DNA from: an uncultured Actinomycetes bacterium
Lineage (GTDB): Bacteria; Actinomycetota; UBA4738; HRBIN12
Direction of reading: 5' to 3'
Assembly (NCBI GenBank): GCA_963704885.1
Contig: CAVPIB010000004.1
Location: 288,001 to 352,000 of the forward strand
Length of the DNA: 64,000 nucleotides
Below the pieces are notes generated by a model that did no database searches, was not told where the DNA came from, and saw only the letters and a list, made by a program, of their open reading frames with translations. The position numbers were made by a program, and so were the translations under genes. Below are positions 1 to 13,731 of the stretch, piece by piece; position 1 is the stretch's first letter; each line of letters starts with the position of its first letter.

Positions 1-766
1 AGGCCTCCCGATCATGCCGGGCGGCATCCTCCAGGAGCGCCGCGGCCGCGGCCGCCTCGTCGGCGGGCGACGTCTCCCCGGTCAGGATCTGCTCTGCGGC
101 GGCGGCCCGCTCCAGCAGTCGCTCGACATGCGCCAGGCGTGATTCCTCGCCGGTGAGATCCTCCGTTTCGCCCGACCGTGGCCCGACGGCTTCGATCTCC
201 CGAACCTGGTAGTCGAGCAGCCCGATCTCTCGTTCGCGTTCGCGGGCAGCCTCCGTGAGCTCCTTCAGAGCCGCGTTCGCAGACCGCCATCCGTCCCACG
301 TTTGCCGGTACCTCGCCAAAGCCACCACGTGCGCGTCGCCTGCGAACCGATCGAGGAACTCGGTCTGGATCGACGCCGAGAGCAGCCCTTGAGCCTGACC
401 CTGTCCATGGACCTCTACCAGCGAGGCGCCCAGCGAGCTCAGGACCGAAGCCGTAGCCATCTGTCCTCCTACCCTCGCTGAGCTCTTCCCGTCGGCACCG
501 ATCGATCGCGCCAGCACGAGTTCGCCGTCCTCGGCCCACTCCTCGGTCCCCTCGGGCGCGTCGAACCTGACCTGGACGCGTGCGGCACCGGCGCCGTCAC
601 GCACGAGAGATCCGGTTGCCCTGGCCCCCAGGGCGAGAGAGAGCCCCACCGTCACCATGGTCTTTCCGGCCCCGGTCTCGCCGGTGAGAACGTTCAGGCC
701 GGGGTGCAGCTCAAGATCGAGGTCGTCGAAGACCCCCAGACCCGTGATGTGCAGCTCCCGCAGCAC
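1..766 (-). CDS. recN: DNA repair protein RecN (5' part; runs off the window edge)
   Basis: Manual translation from GTG at 766 gives MLRELHITGLGVFDDLDLELHPGLNVLTGETGAGKT (SMC-family Walker A). Follows tlyA-nadK as usual. Confidence 0.93.
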   Translation of the reverse strand, partial: MLRELHITGLGVFDDLDLELHPGLNVLTGETGAGKTMVTVGLSLALGARATGSLVRDGAGAARVQVRFDAPEGTEEWAEDGELVLARSIGADGKSSARVGGQMATASVLSSLGASLVEVHGQGQAQGLLSASIQTEFLDRFAGDAHVVALARYRQTWDGWRSANAALKELTEAAREREREIGLLDYQVREIEAVGPRSGETEDLTGEESRLAHVERLLERAAAAEQILTGETSPADEAAAAAALLEDAARHDREA

Positions 767-775
767 TCTCGGATC

Positions 776-1630
776 CTAGTCCGCGGTACCGACATCGCCG
801 GCGTATCCCGCGCCGCCGCCCGGATCACCCGGCAGCTCGAACTTCTCGCGAACCCGCGTGAGGAAGGCCGGGGCGCCGCGCCGCCGCACCAGGCGCGCGG
901 GCCTATCCGCCGCCCGGATCAGGACCCTGCTGCCCACGGGGATCTCCACGCTTTGTCTACCATCGGCAGTGATCAACCCCGGCTCGTCGCCGACCACCTC
1001 CAGGACCACTCGCTGTTCCGCACCCAACACGAACGAGCGGTCGAACACCATGTGAGCCGCGACCGGGGTGAGGACCAAGCACGGCACGTCGGGGCTAACG
1101 ATCGGGCCGCGGGTCGAGAAGGAGTACGCGGTGGAACCGGTGGGCGTCGCAACGACGACGCCGTCCGCCGAGAAGGTCGTTACGTAGGCACCATCCACCT
1201 CGACCGCTAAGCGAACCAGCCGATGCCGGGCTCGCTTCTCCACCATGATCTCGTTCAACGCCCATTGCGCTTGGAACTCGACGCCCCCTGCCGGCTCCGC
1301 GGTCGCGGCCAGTCGCTCCTCGATGGCGGCGTCGCCGTCAAGGGCTCTAGAGATCAGATCGAACGCCTCACCCGGCTCCACCTCCGTCAGGAACCCGAGC
1401 CGCCCGACCTTAACCCCCAAGACCGGACAGCCCGCCTGAGCGGCGACGTGAGCCCCTCGCAGGAACGTCCCGTCCCCACCGACAGAAACCACCAGGTCCA
1501 GCGCCTCCTCCCCTGCTCCCGCCGCCTTGACGACGACCGCGCCCTCGGATGCGAGCTCCGAGCTGAGGACGTCGGCCGCGGCCATGGCCGCCTCGCGCCC
1601 CTCGTGCACGACGAGCCCGACCACTCTCAT
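776..1630 (-). CDS. nadK: NAD(+) kinase
   Basis: GGDGT, NE and TPTGSTAYSFS motifs; lies between tlyA and recN. Confidence 0.95.
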   Translation of the reverse strand: MRVVGLVVHEGREAAMAAADVLSSELASEGAVVVKAAGAGEEALDLVVSVGGDGTFLRGAHVAAQAGCPVLGVKVGRLGFLTEVEPGEAFDLISRALDGDAAIEERLAATAEPAGGVEFQAQWALNEIMVEKRARHRLVRLAVEVDGAYVTTFSADGVVVATPTGSTAYSFSTRGPIVSPDVPCLVLTPVAAHMVFDRSFVLGAEQRVVLEVVGDEPGLITADGRQSVEIPVGSRVLIRAADRPARLVRRRGAPAFLTRVREKFELPGDPGGGAGYAGDVGTAD

Positions 1631-2424
1631 CGACGGAGCCTCTCACCCTCACCGATCGCCTGATCGAGGTCCACGACGCCTTCCGGCGCCCCCTTTCGAC
1701 CGCGCATGAGGAACTCCACGTTGCCCGCCGGTCCCACGAGCGGAGAGACCATGACACCTACGACGCCCATCCCGTTGACGAGGCAGGCATCCGTCACCTC
1801 GCCCAGCACGCGTCGCCAAACGAGCGGGTCCCTGACCACGCCTCCCCGGCCCACGTGGTCCGGACCGGCCTCGAACTGGGGCTTCACCAGGAGCACCAGA
1901 TCGGCGGCCGGCGCGGCCACGCGCGAGAGCGCCGGCAGGACAGCTCTCAGGGAGATGAACGAGAGGTCGGCGACGATCAGCTCGGGAGCGAACGCCAGGT
2001 GGGTGGGGTCTAGGTTGCGGGCGTTCGTTCGCTCCATGACGAGGACCCGAGGATCCGTCCTCAGCTCCCAGGCTAGCTGCCCGTACCCGACGTCGACGGC
2101 GATGACCCTTCCCGCGCCCGCCCGGAGCAAGCAATCGGTGAACCCTCCCGTCGACGCCCCGGCATCGAGGCAATCGCGACCGCTCGGATCGATGCCGAAA
2201 CGGTCGAGCGCCGCCTGGAGCTTGTCTCCACCTCTGGACACGAACCGTCGAGGGGACGCCGTCATATGGAGCGGCTCGTCGTCTGAGACGAGCGACGCCG
2301 GCTTCGTCGCGGGGTGGCCGCTCACCATCACCAGGCCTGCGTCGACCGCTGCCTGGGCCTCGGTGCGACTCGTCACCAACCCCCGGCGAACTAGCTCCGC
2401 GTCGAGACGCCGCCGAGCCGCCAT
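1627..2424 (-). CDS. tlyA: TlyA family rRNA 2'-O-methyltransferase
   Basis: S4 domain RRRLDAELVRRGL, FVSRGGDKL, DAGASTGGFTD, LVKPQFE, GNVEF. Start reassigned to ATG 2424. Confidence 0.95.
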   Translation of the reverse strand: MAARRRLDAELVRRGLVTSRTEAQAAVDAGLVMVSGHPATKPASLVSDDEPLHMTASPRRFVSRGGDKLQAALDRFGIDPSGRDCLDAGASTGGFTDCLLRAGAGRVIAVDVGYGQLAWELRTDPRVLVMERTNARNLDPTHLAFAPELIVADLSFISLRAVLPALSRVAAPAADLVLLVKPQFEAGPDHVGRGGVVRDPLVWRRVLGEVTDACLVNGMGVVGVMVSPLVGPAGNVEFLMRGRKGAPEGVVDLDQAIGEGERLRR

Positions 2425-2431
2425 CGGCCGC

Positions 2432-2809
2432 TCAGGCGTTGCCAGTGGCCGCCGGCTTCTTAGCCGCGGGCCTGCGGGCGGCGGGCTTCTTGGCACCCGA
2501 CTTCCGCCCGGAGGCGGTCATCCCCGCGCGCCGTTCCAGCTCGCGAACCCGCTTCTTCAACGCGTCAACCTCGGGTCGCGATGCCACACCCATCGACGTC
2601 AACTGGTTGGAGATCTCGCGCCCGATGAAGTCGCGTAGCCGGTCGCGGTAGCGCTGGGACCACTCCAGCATGTCGGCGGCCAACCTCGCCACCTGCTCCT
2701 TCGCGGTTCCCGGGTCGGACAGGCTCTTCGCGAGCTCCTGGGCCTTGGCCGGCGTCAGGTTGCCTATCGTCGCCTCGATGCTCTTGCGGACTTCGTCGAG
2801 AGTGGTCAT
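2432..2809 (-). CDS. phasin-like coiled-coil protein with Lys/Ala/Pro-rich tail
   Basis: Helical protein with a coiled-coil segment (GVASRPEVDALKKRVRELE) and an AKKPAA-repeat tail; AAGGAG SD upstream. Confidence 0.6.
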   Translation of the reverse strand: MTTLDEVRKSIEATIGNLTPAKAQELAKSLSDPGTAKEQVARLAADMLEWSQRYRDRLRDFIGREISNQLTSMGVASRPEVDALKKRVRELERRAGMTASGRKSGAKKPAARRPAAKKPAATGNA

Positions 2810-2865
2810 AGCATCTCCTTGAGTAAGCGAGCACCGCGGTCGTTCCTCAGCATACCGCCGCCCTA

Positions 2866-3663
2866 TCAGGGCTCATCCGGCCTGGCGTCGAAGAGCGCCG
2901 AGAGATCGGCGCCGACGAAGGTCGGGAGGAAGGGCGATCCGGCCAGATCGTCGCGCCGGGTGACACCGGTGAGGACGAGCAGTGAATCCCATCCGAGCGC
3001 GGCCGCGCCTGCGATGTCGGTCTCGAGTCGATCGCCGATCAAGAGCGGCTGTCCCCCGCCCGCCCTGGCCAGAGCCGACCGCAGGATCGGCGGATGCGGC
3101 TTCCCCACGATCTCCGCTCTGATCCCGGTCGTCGTCTCGATGGCGGCCAGGAGGGCACCCGCCCCTGGCCACCGTCCATCGGGCGCCGGGTAGGAGGCGT
3201 CCGCGTTCGTCGCCACCAGCCATGACCCGCGCTCCACGAGCAGGGAGGCCCTCCGCAGCTTGTCGTAGTTCGCCTGCCGATCCCACCCCACGACGACGCT
3301 ATCCGAGCGCTCCGCGTCCGCGGCGGCCAGCGCGATCCCGACGCTCGTGAGCGCCTGTCGGACACCCTCCTCTCCGATCACGAACGCGTCGGTCACTCCA
3401 CGGGCTACCAGGAGTTCGGCGGTCGCGAGCGCCGAAGTCTCGACCTCGTCGGCTCTGGCCTGGACACCGACCGCGATGAGCGCCGCCGCCACCGCCTGGG
3501 CCGTGCGGCTCGAGTTGTTCGTCACGAACGCGACCCGCCTGCCGAGGGCGCGGAGCCGATCGATCGCTTCAGCGGCGCCCGGGATCGGGTCGGACCCCCT
3601 ATAGAGAACCCCGTCCAGATCGAACAGGAACGCCTCGTACCTGTCGGCCAGGATGGCCATCAT
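2866..3663 (-). CDS. HAD-IIA (NagD-like) hydrolase
   Basis: DLDGV, TNNS, GKP and IGDRLETDI motifs. Confidence 0.9.
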   Translation of the reverse strand: MMAILADRYEAFLFDLDGVLYRGSDPIPGAAEAIDRLRALGRRVAFVTNNSSRTAQAVAAALIAVGVQARADEVETSALATAELLVARGVTDAFVIGEEGVRQALTSVGIALAAADAERSDSVVVGWDRQANYDKLRRASLLVERGSWLVATNADASYPAPDGRWPGAGALLAAIETTTGIRAEIVGKPHPPILRSALARAGGGQPLLIGDRLETDIAGAAALGWDSLLVLTGVTRRDDLAGSPFLPTFVGADLSALFDARPDEP

Positions 3664-3764
3664 GTCGTCGATCGCCCGAGCGCGAGGTGCTCGTAGTCAT
3701 CGCTCGGATCAAGGATGACGGCTTTCGCGAACTCACTCCGAACCAGGCGGTCGCGGCCGGTCAT
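3660..3764 (-). pseudogene. possible remnant of a tetratricopeptide-repeat gene (34 codons)
   Basis: MTGRDRLVRSEFAKAVILDPSDDYEHLALGRSTT* resembles one TPR helix-turn-helix. Its stop overlaps the HAD start (ATGA). Confidence 0.35.
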
Positions 3765-3835
3765 GCGCGACGCCCGGCCGCGCGCGTGCGGGCCGAAGAC
3801 CTCCTGCTTTGGGTCGTCGCTGTTATACAGGGGGT

Positions 3836-5008
3836 GTGCCTCGCGTCTTCCCGTTCCCTTCGTTGGTCTACGATCCCGCCGTCGCCGGTCCGCTCGACCG
3901 CGTGACCGCGCCGCCGTACGACGTTATCAGCGAGGCCCGCCGGCGAGAACTCCAGACGGAGCCGCGGAACATCGCTCAGATCGACCTGGCCATCGGGCCG
4001 GGCTCAGAGGGAGACCGCTACCGGGCGGCGGCAGAGCTGCTCCATCGATGGACGGCGGAAGGTGTGCTTCGGCGTGAGGAGCCGGCGTTCCACGCCTATG
4101 AGATGCGGGTCGGGCGCGACGCCGCGATGTGCCGGGTCCGCGGTGTCTTCGCGGCGATGGAGCTCGAAGAGTGGGGCGGGAACGTCCTACCCCACGAGGA
4201 GACGATGCCGGGACCGATCGAGGACCGTCTCCGCCTGCTCCGAGCCGCGCGGACGCATCTGTCGGCCGTGTACGGCATCGTGACCGGCCCGTGTCCTCCC
4301 CTCGTGGATCTCCTGGACCGAACCGTGCGAGAACCACCCTCAGGCGAAGCTGTCGATGAGCAGGGCGTACGCCATCGCCGCTGGCGCATCATTGAGGAGC
4401 AGCCGGTCTCGGCATGGCTCGAGAACCAGACCCTCCTGATCGCCGATGGCCATCATCGCTACGCAACGGCGCTCGCGTACCGGGACGAGATGCGAGCCGC
4501 CTCCGGTCCCGGTCCGTGGGATCGCCTCCTCACCTTCATCGTCGACGCTGGTTCTGAGCATCTAACGGTGGCTCCGTTCCATCGAGTGCAACTCTCGGGC
4601 GCGCCGATGGCGGTGGGTGCCCCTGTTGGCTCGCTCGAAGAGGCGCTCGCCGCGTGCTCTGACGACGACACCGTGGTGGGCTTAGTCGTACCCACGGAGG
4701 ACGACATCGAGGTCCGGGTGGTGAACCTGAGCGGCGAACCACCCGCGGTTCGGGCTCTACATGCGGAGCTGATCGATCCAGCACTGCCGCCCACAGCGTT
4801 CCGGTACACACCGGATGCCGAAGAGGCGGCGGCGGCGGTGCGAGGCGGGATCGCTACCGCGGCCTACCTCCTGCCACCGACCACACCGGACCGCGTTCGG
4901 GAGGTCGTGCAGCGGGGCGAGCGACTGCCGCAGAAGTCCACATACTTCTGGCCCAAACCTCGAACCGGGATGGTCCTCATGCCGCTCGAGTCCCTCACCC
5001 CGGTCTAG
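3836..5008 (+). CDS. DUF1015 family protein
   Basis: PPYDVIS, PHEET, IADGHHR and PQKSTYFWPK motifs. Start reassigned to GTG 3836. Confidence 0.88.
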   Translation: MPRVFPFPSLVYDPAVAGPLDRVTAPPYDVISEARRRELQTEPRNIAQIDLAIGPGSEGDRYRAAAELLHRWTAEGVLRREEPAFHAYEMRVGRDAAMCRVRGVFAAMELEEWGGNVLPHEETMPGPIEDRLRLLRAARTHLSAVYGIVTGPCPPLVDLLDRTVREPPSGEAVDEQGVRHRRWRIIEEQPVSAWLENQTLLIADGHHRYATALAYRDEMRAASGPGPWDRLLTFIVDAGSEHLTVAPFHRVQLSGAPMAVGAPVGSLEEALAACSDDDTVVGLVVPTEDDIEVRVVNLSGEPPAVRALHAELIDPALPPTAFRYTPDAEEAAAAVRGGIATAAYLLPPTTPDRVREVVQRGERLPQKSTYFWPKPRTGMVLMPLESLTPV

Positions 5009-5325
5009 GGGTCTCCCACCGCTGCCTCGAGCTTCTTGATCCCCGTCGCGACCACCTCCGTGAGGCTCCGCGCTCCAGCCCCGCTCCGGTAGAACCGGCG
5101 AGCGAGTGTGCCATACACCAGCACATCATCACCCTTTCCGATCCCCTTCAGCGCCCGTTTGCCGACCGCCGTGTGCCACACGGCCACCGGGAGGGGGAGG
5201 AGGCGCTTGCCCGCCTCCGGAACGGAGAGCCGGAGCTCGGTTACCTCATCGCCCGACGGCATCCGGCGCTCGACCGGCTCTGCCGCCACGGTCCCCGCGA
5301 GGACGACGACGTTCACCGTCACCAT
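5005..5325 (-). CDS. single-stranded DNA-binding protein paralogue (OB fold, no acidic tail)
   Basis: NVVVLAG..EPVERRMPSGDE..KGDDVLVYGTLARRF; GAGGAGGAG SD upstream. Confidence 0.82.
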   Translation of the reverse strand: MVTVNVVVLAGTVAAEPVERRMPSGDEVTELRLSVPEAGKRLLPLPVAVWHTAVGKRALKGIGKGDDVLVYGTLARRFYRSGAGARSLTEVVATGIKKLEAAVGDP

Positions 5326-5392
5326 GGCTCCTCCTCATCCGACGGACACGCTAGCAGCGGGTACCGACACGACCGGCCGTAGACTCGCGACC

Positions 5393-6343
5393 GTGGGGAT
5401 CGTCACGTTCGTCGTCGCGCCTGGCATCACCGCTATCGACACGTTCATGGGGGGACGCGAGCGCTACACGGCCGCCTATCTGCTGAACGCGACCGAGCCC
5501 GCGCTGGTCGAGACCGGTCCCGGCACGTCCGTCGAGCCCGTGACGCGAGCGCTCGACGCGCTCGGGATCGGGTCGGACGCGCTAGCCCACGTCGTACTCA
5601 CGCACATCCACCTGGATCATGCGGGAGGCGTCGGCGCCCTCGCCGCCGCGTTCCCGCGGGCGACCATCTGGGTCCACGGACGCGGGGCACGCCACCTTGC
5701 CGAGCCGGCTCGGCTTGTCGCGAGCGCCACCCGCGTCTACGGAGCGGACCGTATGGCCACCCTGTTCGGACCCGTGGAACCCGTTCCGGCAGACCGCATC
5801 CAGGTCTTCGATGGCGGCGCGTCACTGGATCTTGGCGGGCGATCGCTCACTGCCCTCGATACCCCGGGACACGCCTCGCATCACCTGGCGATCGTCGATT
5901 CCGCAACCGGCGTCGTCTTCACCGGCGATGCCCTCGGCATCCACGTTCCGGCTCTGCCCATCCTCCGGCCGGCCACGCCCCCACCGGACTTCGATCTCGA
6001 CCTGGCGATCGCTAGCATCGAGCGCATCCGGTCGGTCGACCCATCGACCCTGCTCTTCGCCCACTTCGGTCCTATCGCGGACGTCGAGAGGACCTGCGAC
6101 CTCGCCGTCAGGAAACTACGTACCTGGACGACGACGGTGGAGCGCGCGATGGAGCGCACCAGCGACGTCGACGAGATCGTCGAAGTGCTAGCCCGCGAGG
6201 CGGCCGCCGAGATCGTGACCGGAGCCGAAGCCCAGCTTGACCTGGATCGCCTGGAGACGCTCGCCGGGATCCGCATGAACGCGCTTGGGATCATGCGGTA
6301 TCTAGCGCAGCGTGCCGAGCTGGAGCGTCGTCAGCCCAACTGA
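5393..6343 (+). CDS. MBL-fold metallo-hydrolase
   Basis: THIHLDHAGG, TPGHASHH, TGDA and FAHFG motifs. GTG 5393 lies 7 nt after a TAGACT -10 box. Confidence 0.88.
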   Translation: MGIVTFVVAPGITAIDTFMGGRERYTAAYLLNATEPALVETGPGTSVEPVTRALDALGIGSDALAHVVLTHIHLDHAGGVGALAAAFPRATIWVHGRGARHLAEPARLVASATRVYGADRMATLFGPVEPVPADRIQVFDGGASLDLGGRSLTALDTPGHASHHLAIVDSATGVVFTGDALGIHVPALPILRPATPPPDFDLDLAIASIERIRSVDPSTLLFAHFGPIADVERTCDLAVRKLRTWTTTVERAMERTSDVDEIVEVLAREAAAEIVTGAEAQLDLDRLETLAGIRMNALGIMRYLAQRAELERRQPN

Positions 6344-7020
6344 GCCAGCCGTTCGGCGGCGTCGAAGGCGCTCGTGTCGTGGCGCATGACCTTGCGGAAC
6401 TCCTCGGCAGCCTCCGCCTTGCGTCCGGCGCGAGCCAAGATGTCGCCCCGCACGTACCAGAGCCTGAGCGTGTACGTCTCCGAGATGTCATCCCGGGTCT
6501 TAGCTCGCCCCAGGAAGGCCAGCGCCTCCGCGAAACGTTTCTGGTCGGCCAACGCAGACGCCGCCACTATCACTGCCTCCGCTTTGGCATCGTTGGGGGC
6601 CGTGCCCCGCAGCTCCTCCTCGGCCAACGGAACGGCGTCCGCTGGACGTCCCAGGCCGCGGAGGCAGTCGGCGATCAGGTGGTTCTGGTCGACCCGCCCC
6701 GTGATCCGCTTGTAGGCCTTCAACTCCGTCATGGCCTCACTCCATCGCTCCTGGCCGTACAACGCCAGGCCGAGCACCTCTCGCACAGCGGCCGACCGGG
6801 GGGCGAACCTCTTGGCCTTCTCCGCCTCCGCCGCCGAACCCCCCGCATCCCCTCGCTCGAGAAGCTCGATAGCTCGCGACAGCCGAGCGATGGCGTTCTG
6901 CTGATCCGATGGACGCGCCGTGCTGCGGACCTCTTCGAGGATGTCTCGCGGAAGCTGACTGTTGGTCGGACCGGGACGGCGTTGGCCCCCGCCAGAGCGG
7001 GGGCGAAGTGGTTTGGGCAT
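6331..7020 (-). CDS. tetratricopeptide repeat protein
   Basis: TPR-like helices (APRSAAVREVLGLALY, ADCLRGLGRP, WYVRGDILARAGRKAEAAEEF). Confidence 0.8.
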   Translation of the reverse strand: MPKPLRPRSGGGQRRPGPTNSQLPRDILEEVRSTARPSDQQNAIARLSRAIELLERGDAGGSAAEAEKAKRFAPRSAAVREVLGLALYGQERWSEAMTELKAYKRITGRVDQNHLIADCLRGLGRPADAVPLAEEELRGTAPNDAKAEAVIVAASALADQKRFAEALAFLGRAKTRDDISETYTLRLWYVRGDILARAGRKAEAAEEFRKVMRHDTSAFDAAERLAQLG

Positions 7021-7037
7021 CGATGCTCCAGGGTACG

Positions 7038-7075
7038 AGAAACGGAACGGGCCACCCTTCCGGGTAGCCCGTTCC
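7038..7075 (-). terminator. rrn operon intrinsic terminator
   Basis: 14-bp stem GGAACGGGCTACCC-GGAA-GGGTGGCCCGTTCC followed by GTTTCT, just after 5S. Confidence 0.75.
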
Positions 7076-7083
7076 TAACGATG

Positions 7084-7202
7084 TTCCGGCGACGACCTAC
7101 TCTCCCACCCAGTCGCCCAGGCAGTACCATCGGCGCTGGAGGGCTTAACTTCCGGGTTCGGGATGGGACCGGGTGTTTCCCCTCCGCCATAGCCACCGAA
7201 AC
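7084..7202 (-). rRNA. rrf: 5S rRNA
   Basis: Conserved CCCATCCCGAAC, GAAGTTAAGC, GCCGATGGTACT and GAGAGTAGGTCG. Ends approximate. Confidence 0.97.
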
Positions 7203-7288
7203 GGTGTCTCGGATCCGCTCCTCGGATCCGACGAAGTTGAGGGTGTGGCCCTCGAGCAGAGCTCGGGAACCGATAGCGAGCGCGAGCG

Positions 7289-10396
<3,108 letters not shown>

Positions 10397-10418
10397 TAGA
10401 TGCTCGCGCTCGCTATCG

Positions 10419-10432
10419 AGTTCTCAAGGTGC
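10419..10432 (-). promoter_or_regulatory. spacer boxA-like antitermination element
   Basis: GCACCTTGAGAACT, identical to the copy in the 16S leader and similar to the mycobacterial boxA (TTGAGAACT core). Confidence 0.6.
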
Positions 10433-10618
10433 TCGAGGGCTCGCACCCTCAAAGCTGAACAGTGTGTCCACAGGGCGGCCCCGACGTGCAGCCCGGTCGC
10501 TCGCGAACGAGCTACTGAGGTTGGCGGCCGGAGGGCCACATGAATAGCCAGTGAATCGACCTGGAGTCTTGCCGGGTTACCGGAGCCCGAGCGGGCTCCC
10601 CCGGAAGTGCCAAAGGCT

Positions 10619-12151
<1,533 letters not shown>

Positions 12152-12360
12152 AGATCCGAAGACCCCGAGCCCGAAGGACCGGGGGTTCGTTTCCATGTTG
12201 GAGTCGGTCGCTTCCGGATGACACTCCATGGCGACCGGTTCAGCTGATCCCGCCCGATTGTCCGGACGGTTTCAGTACTACTCGTCTGCTGTACGTCGAA
12301 GGCACGGCGGAACCGCGCCTCCCAGCTGACGGGTTGGCACTGGCTTTTGACACACTGTTC

Positions 12361-12374
12361 AGTTCTCAAGGTGC
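12361..12374 (-). promoter_or_regulatory. leader boxA-like element
   Basis: GCACCTTGAGAACT, repeated exactly in the 16S-23S spacer. Confidence 0.6.
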
Positions 12375-12437
12375 GAGGAGACGCGGAGTCCCGCCTTGAA
12401 GTGCAGGAAGCACTCTGGCGGGGCGCGCCGGATAGGT

Positions 12438-12465
12438 ATGGTAACAGCACTGGCGAAGCCGTCAA
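12438..12465 (-). promoter_or_regulatory. rrn sigma-70-type promoter
   Basis: TTGACG-16 nt-TACCAT with a TGn extension, directly after the tyrS stop. Confidence 0.75.
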
Positions 12466-12472
12466 CCGCCGA

Positions 12473-13681
12473 CTAGCAGAGGCGGCCGAACCAACGGCGT
12501 CCCACCTGCAACACCTTCCCCAGGTACTCATCCCGAGGGGCCTCGAAATCGGGATCCGTCACGGCTTCGGAATCCAATCGGACCCCGCCCTGCTGGAGCA
12601 TCCTGCGGGCTTCGGAGTTGGATGAGGCGCGGCCCAGCGCCACTAACAACCTGGGCAGCCACACCACGTCGTTATCGTCCGCCGCCTCGGCTGGGATGGG
12701 GGTGTCCTCAACCGTCTCGGGGAGTGCGTGGTCTCGGTGGACCCGGTTGAACGCCCCCTCGGCGTGCGGGCCAGCTTCCGGCCCGTGGTACAGATCCACC
12801 ACCAAGCGTGCCATGATGCGCTTCAGGTCGGCGGGGAGCCTCGATCCGTCCGCCAAGCCACGCTCAAGCGCATCGACCTCATCAGGTGGCACCGGCGTGC
12901 AGAGCCGGAGGTACTTGCCGATCAGCTCATCCGGGATACGCATGAGTTTGCCGAACATCTCCGCAGGCTCGTCCGTGATCCCCACGTAGTTCCCAAGCGA
13001 CTGGCTCATCTTCTGGATGCCGTCCAGTCCTTCGAGCAGCGGCACTGTCATGACGAGTTGCGGCTCCTGCCCCCACGAACGCTGCAGCTCGCGTCCAACT
13101 AGGAGGTTGAACAACTGGTCGTTCCCACCCAGCTCGACATCAGCCTCGACGGCGATCGAGTCGTACCCCTGGAACAACGGGTACATGAACTCCGTGATGG
13201 AGATCGGCCGCCCGGCCGCGTACCGGTTGGCGAAGTCCTCCCGTTCCAGCATCCGAGCCACCGTGTAGGACGACGTGAGCCGGAGGACGCCCTCCATATC
13301 GATCGGCTCGAGCCATTCGGCGTTGTACCGGATCTCTAAGCGTTCCTTCGACAGGATCATCGAGAACTGGTCCAGCAGGCGATCGGCGAACGACCGGACG
13401 ACCTCCTTGTCCAGACGTGGCCGGGTCTCAGACCTCCCTGAAGGATCGCCGACCCGGGCCGTGAAGTCGCCCACGATCAACACCGCGGTGTGCCCGGCAT
13501 CCTGGAACTGGCGGAGTTTTCGGAGGACCACCGCCCATCCCAGGGTCACGTCTGACGCCGTGGGATCGAGGCCGAGCTTCACGCGGAGCGGTCGGCCAAG
13601 CCCGAGCTTCTCCTCGAGGCCACCTTCGGGAACGACCTCCGCGGTCCCGTCCCTCAGCAGGGCGAGGATATCCGGAGCCAT
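12473..13681 (-). CDS. tyrS: tyrosine--tRNA ligase
   Basis: KLGLDPTA, GDFTARVGDPSGR, YPLFQGYD, KMSQS and a C-terminal S4 domain; upstream of rrn. Confidence 0.96.
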   Translation of the reverse strand: MAPDILALLRDGTAEVVPEGGLEEKLGLGRPLRVKLGLDPTASDVTLGWAVVLRKLRQFQDAGHTAVLIVGDFTARVGDPSGRSETRPRLDKEVVRSFADRLLDQFSMILSKERLEIRYNAEWLEPIDMEGVLRLTSSYTVARMLEREDFANRYAAGRPISITEFMYPLFQGYDSIAVEADVELGGNDQLFNLLVGRELQRSWGQEPQLVMTVPLLEGLDGIQKMSQSLGNYVGITDEPAEMFGKLMRIPDELIGKYLRLCTPVPPDEVDALERGLADGSRLPADLKRIMARLVVDLYHGPEAGPHAEGAFNRVHRDHALPETVEDTPIPAEAADDNDVVWLPRLLVALGRASSNSEARRMLQQGGVRLDSEAVTDPDFEAPRDEYLGKVLQVGRRWFGRLC

Positions 13682-13731
13682 GGGAACCGGATGCTACCAG
13701 CGCACCCGAGGGCCAAGGGTAGACTCGCTCG

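Noticed and set aside
13682-13731. T-box leader for tyrS (or pheS)
   Set aside because: The intergenic gaps are only 50 and 30 nt, with -10 boxes adjacent to the start codons.
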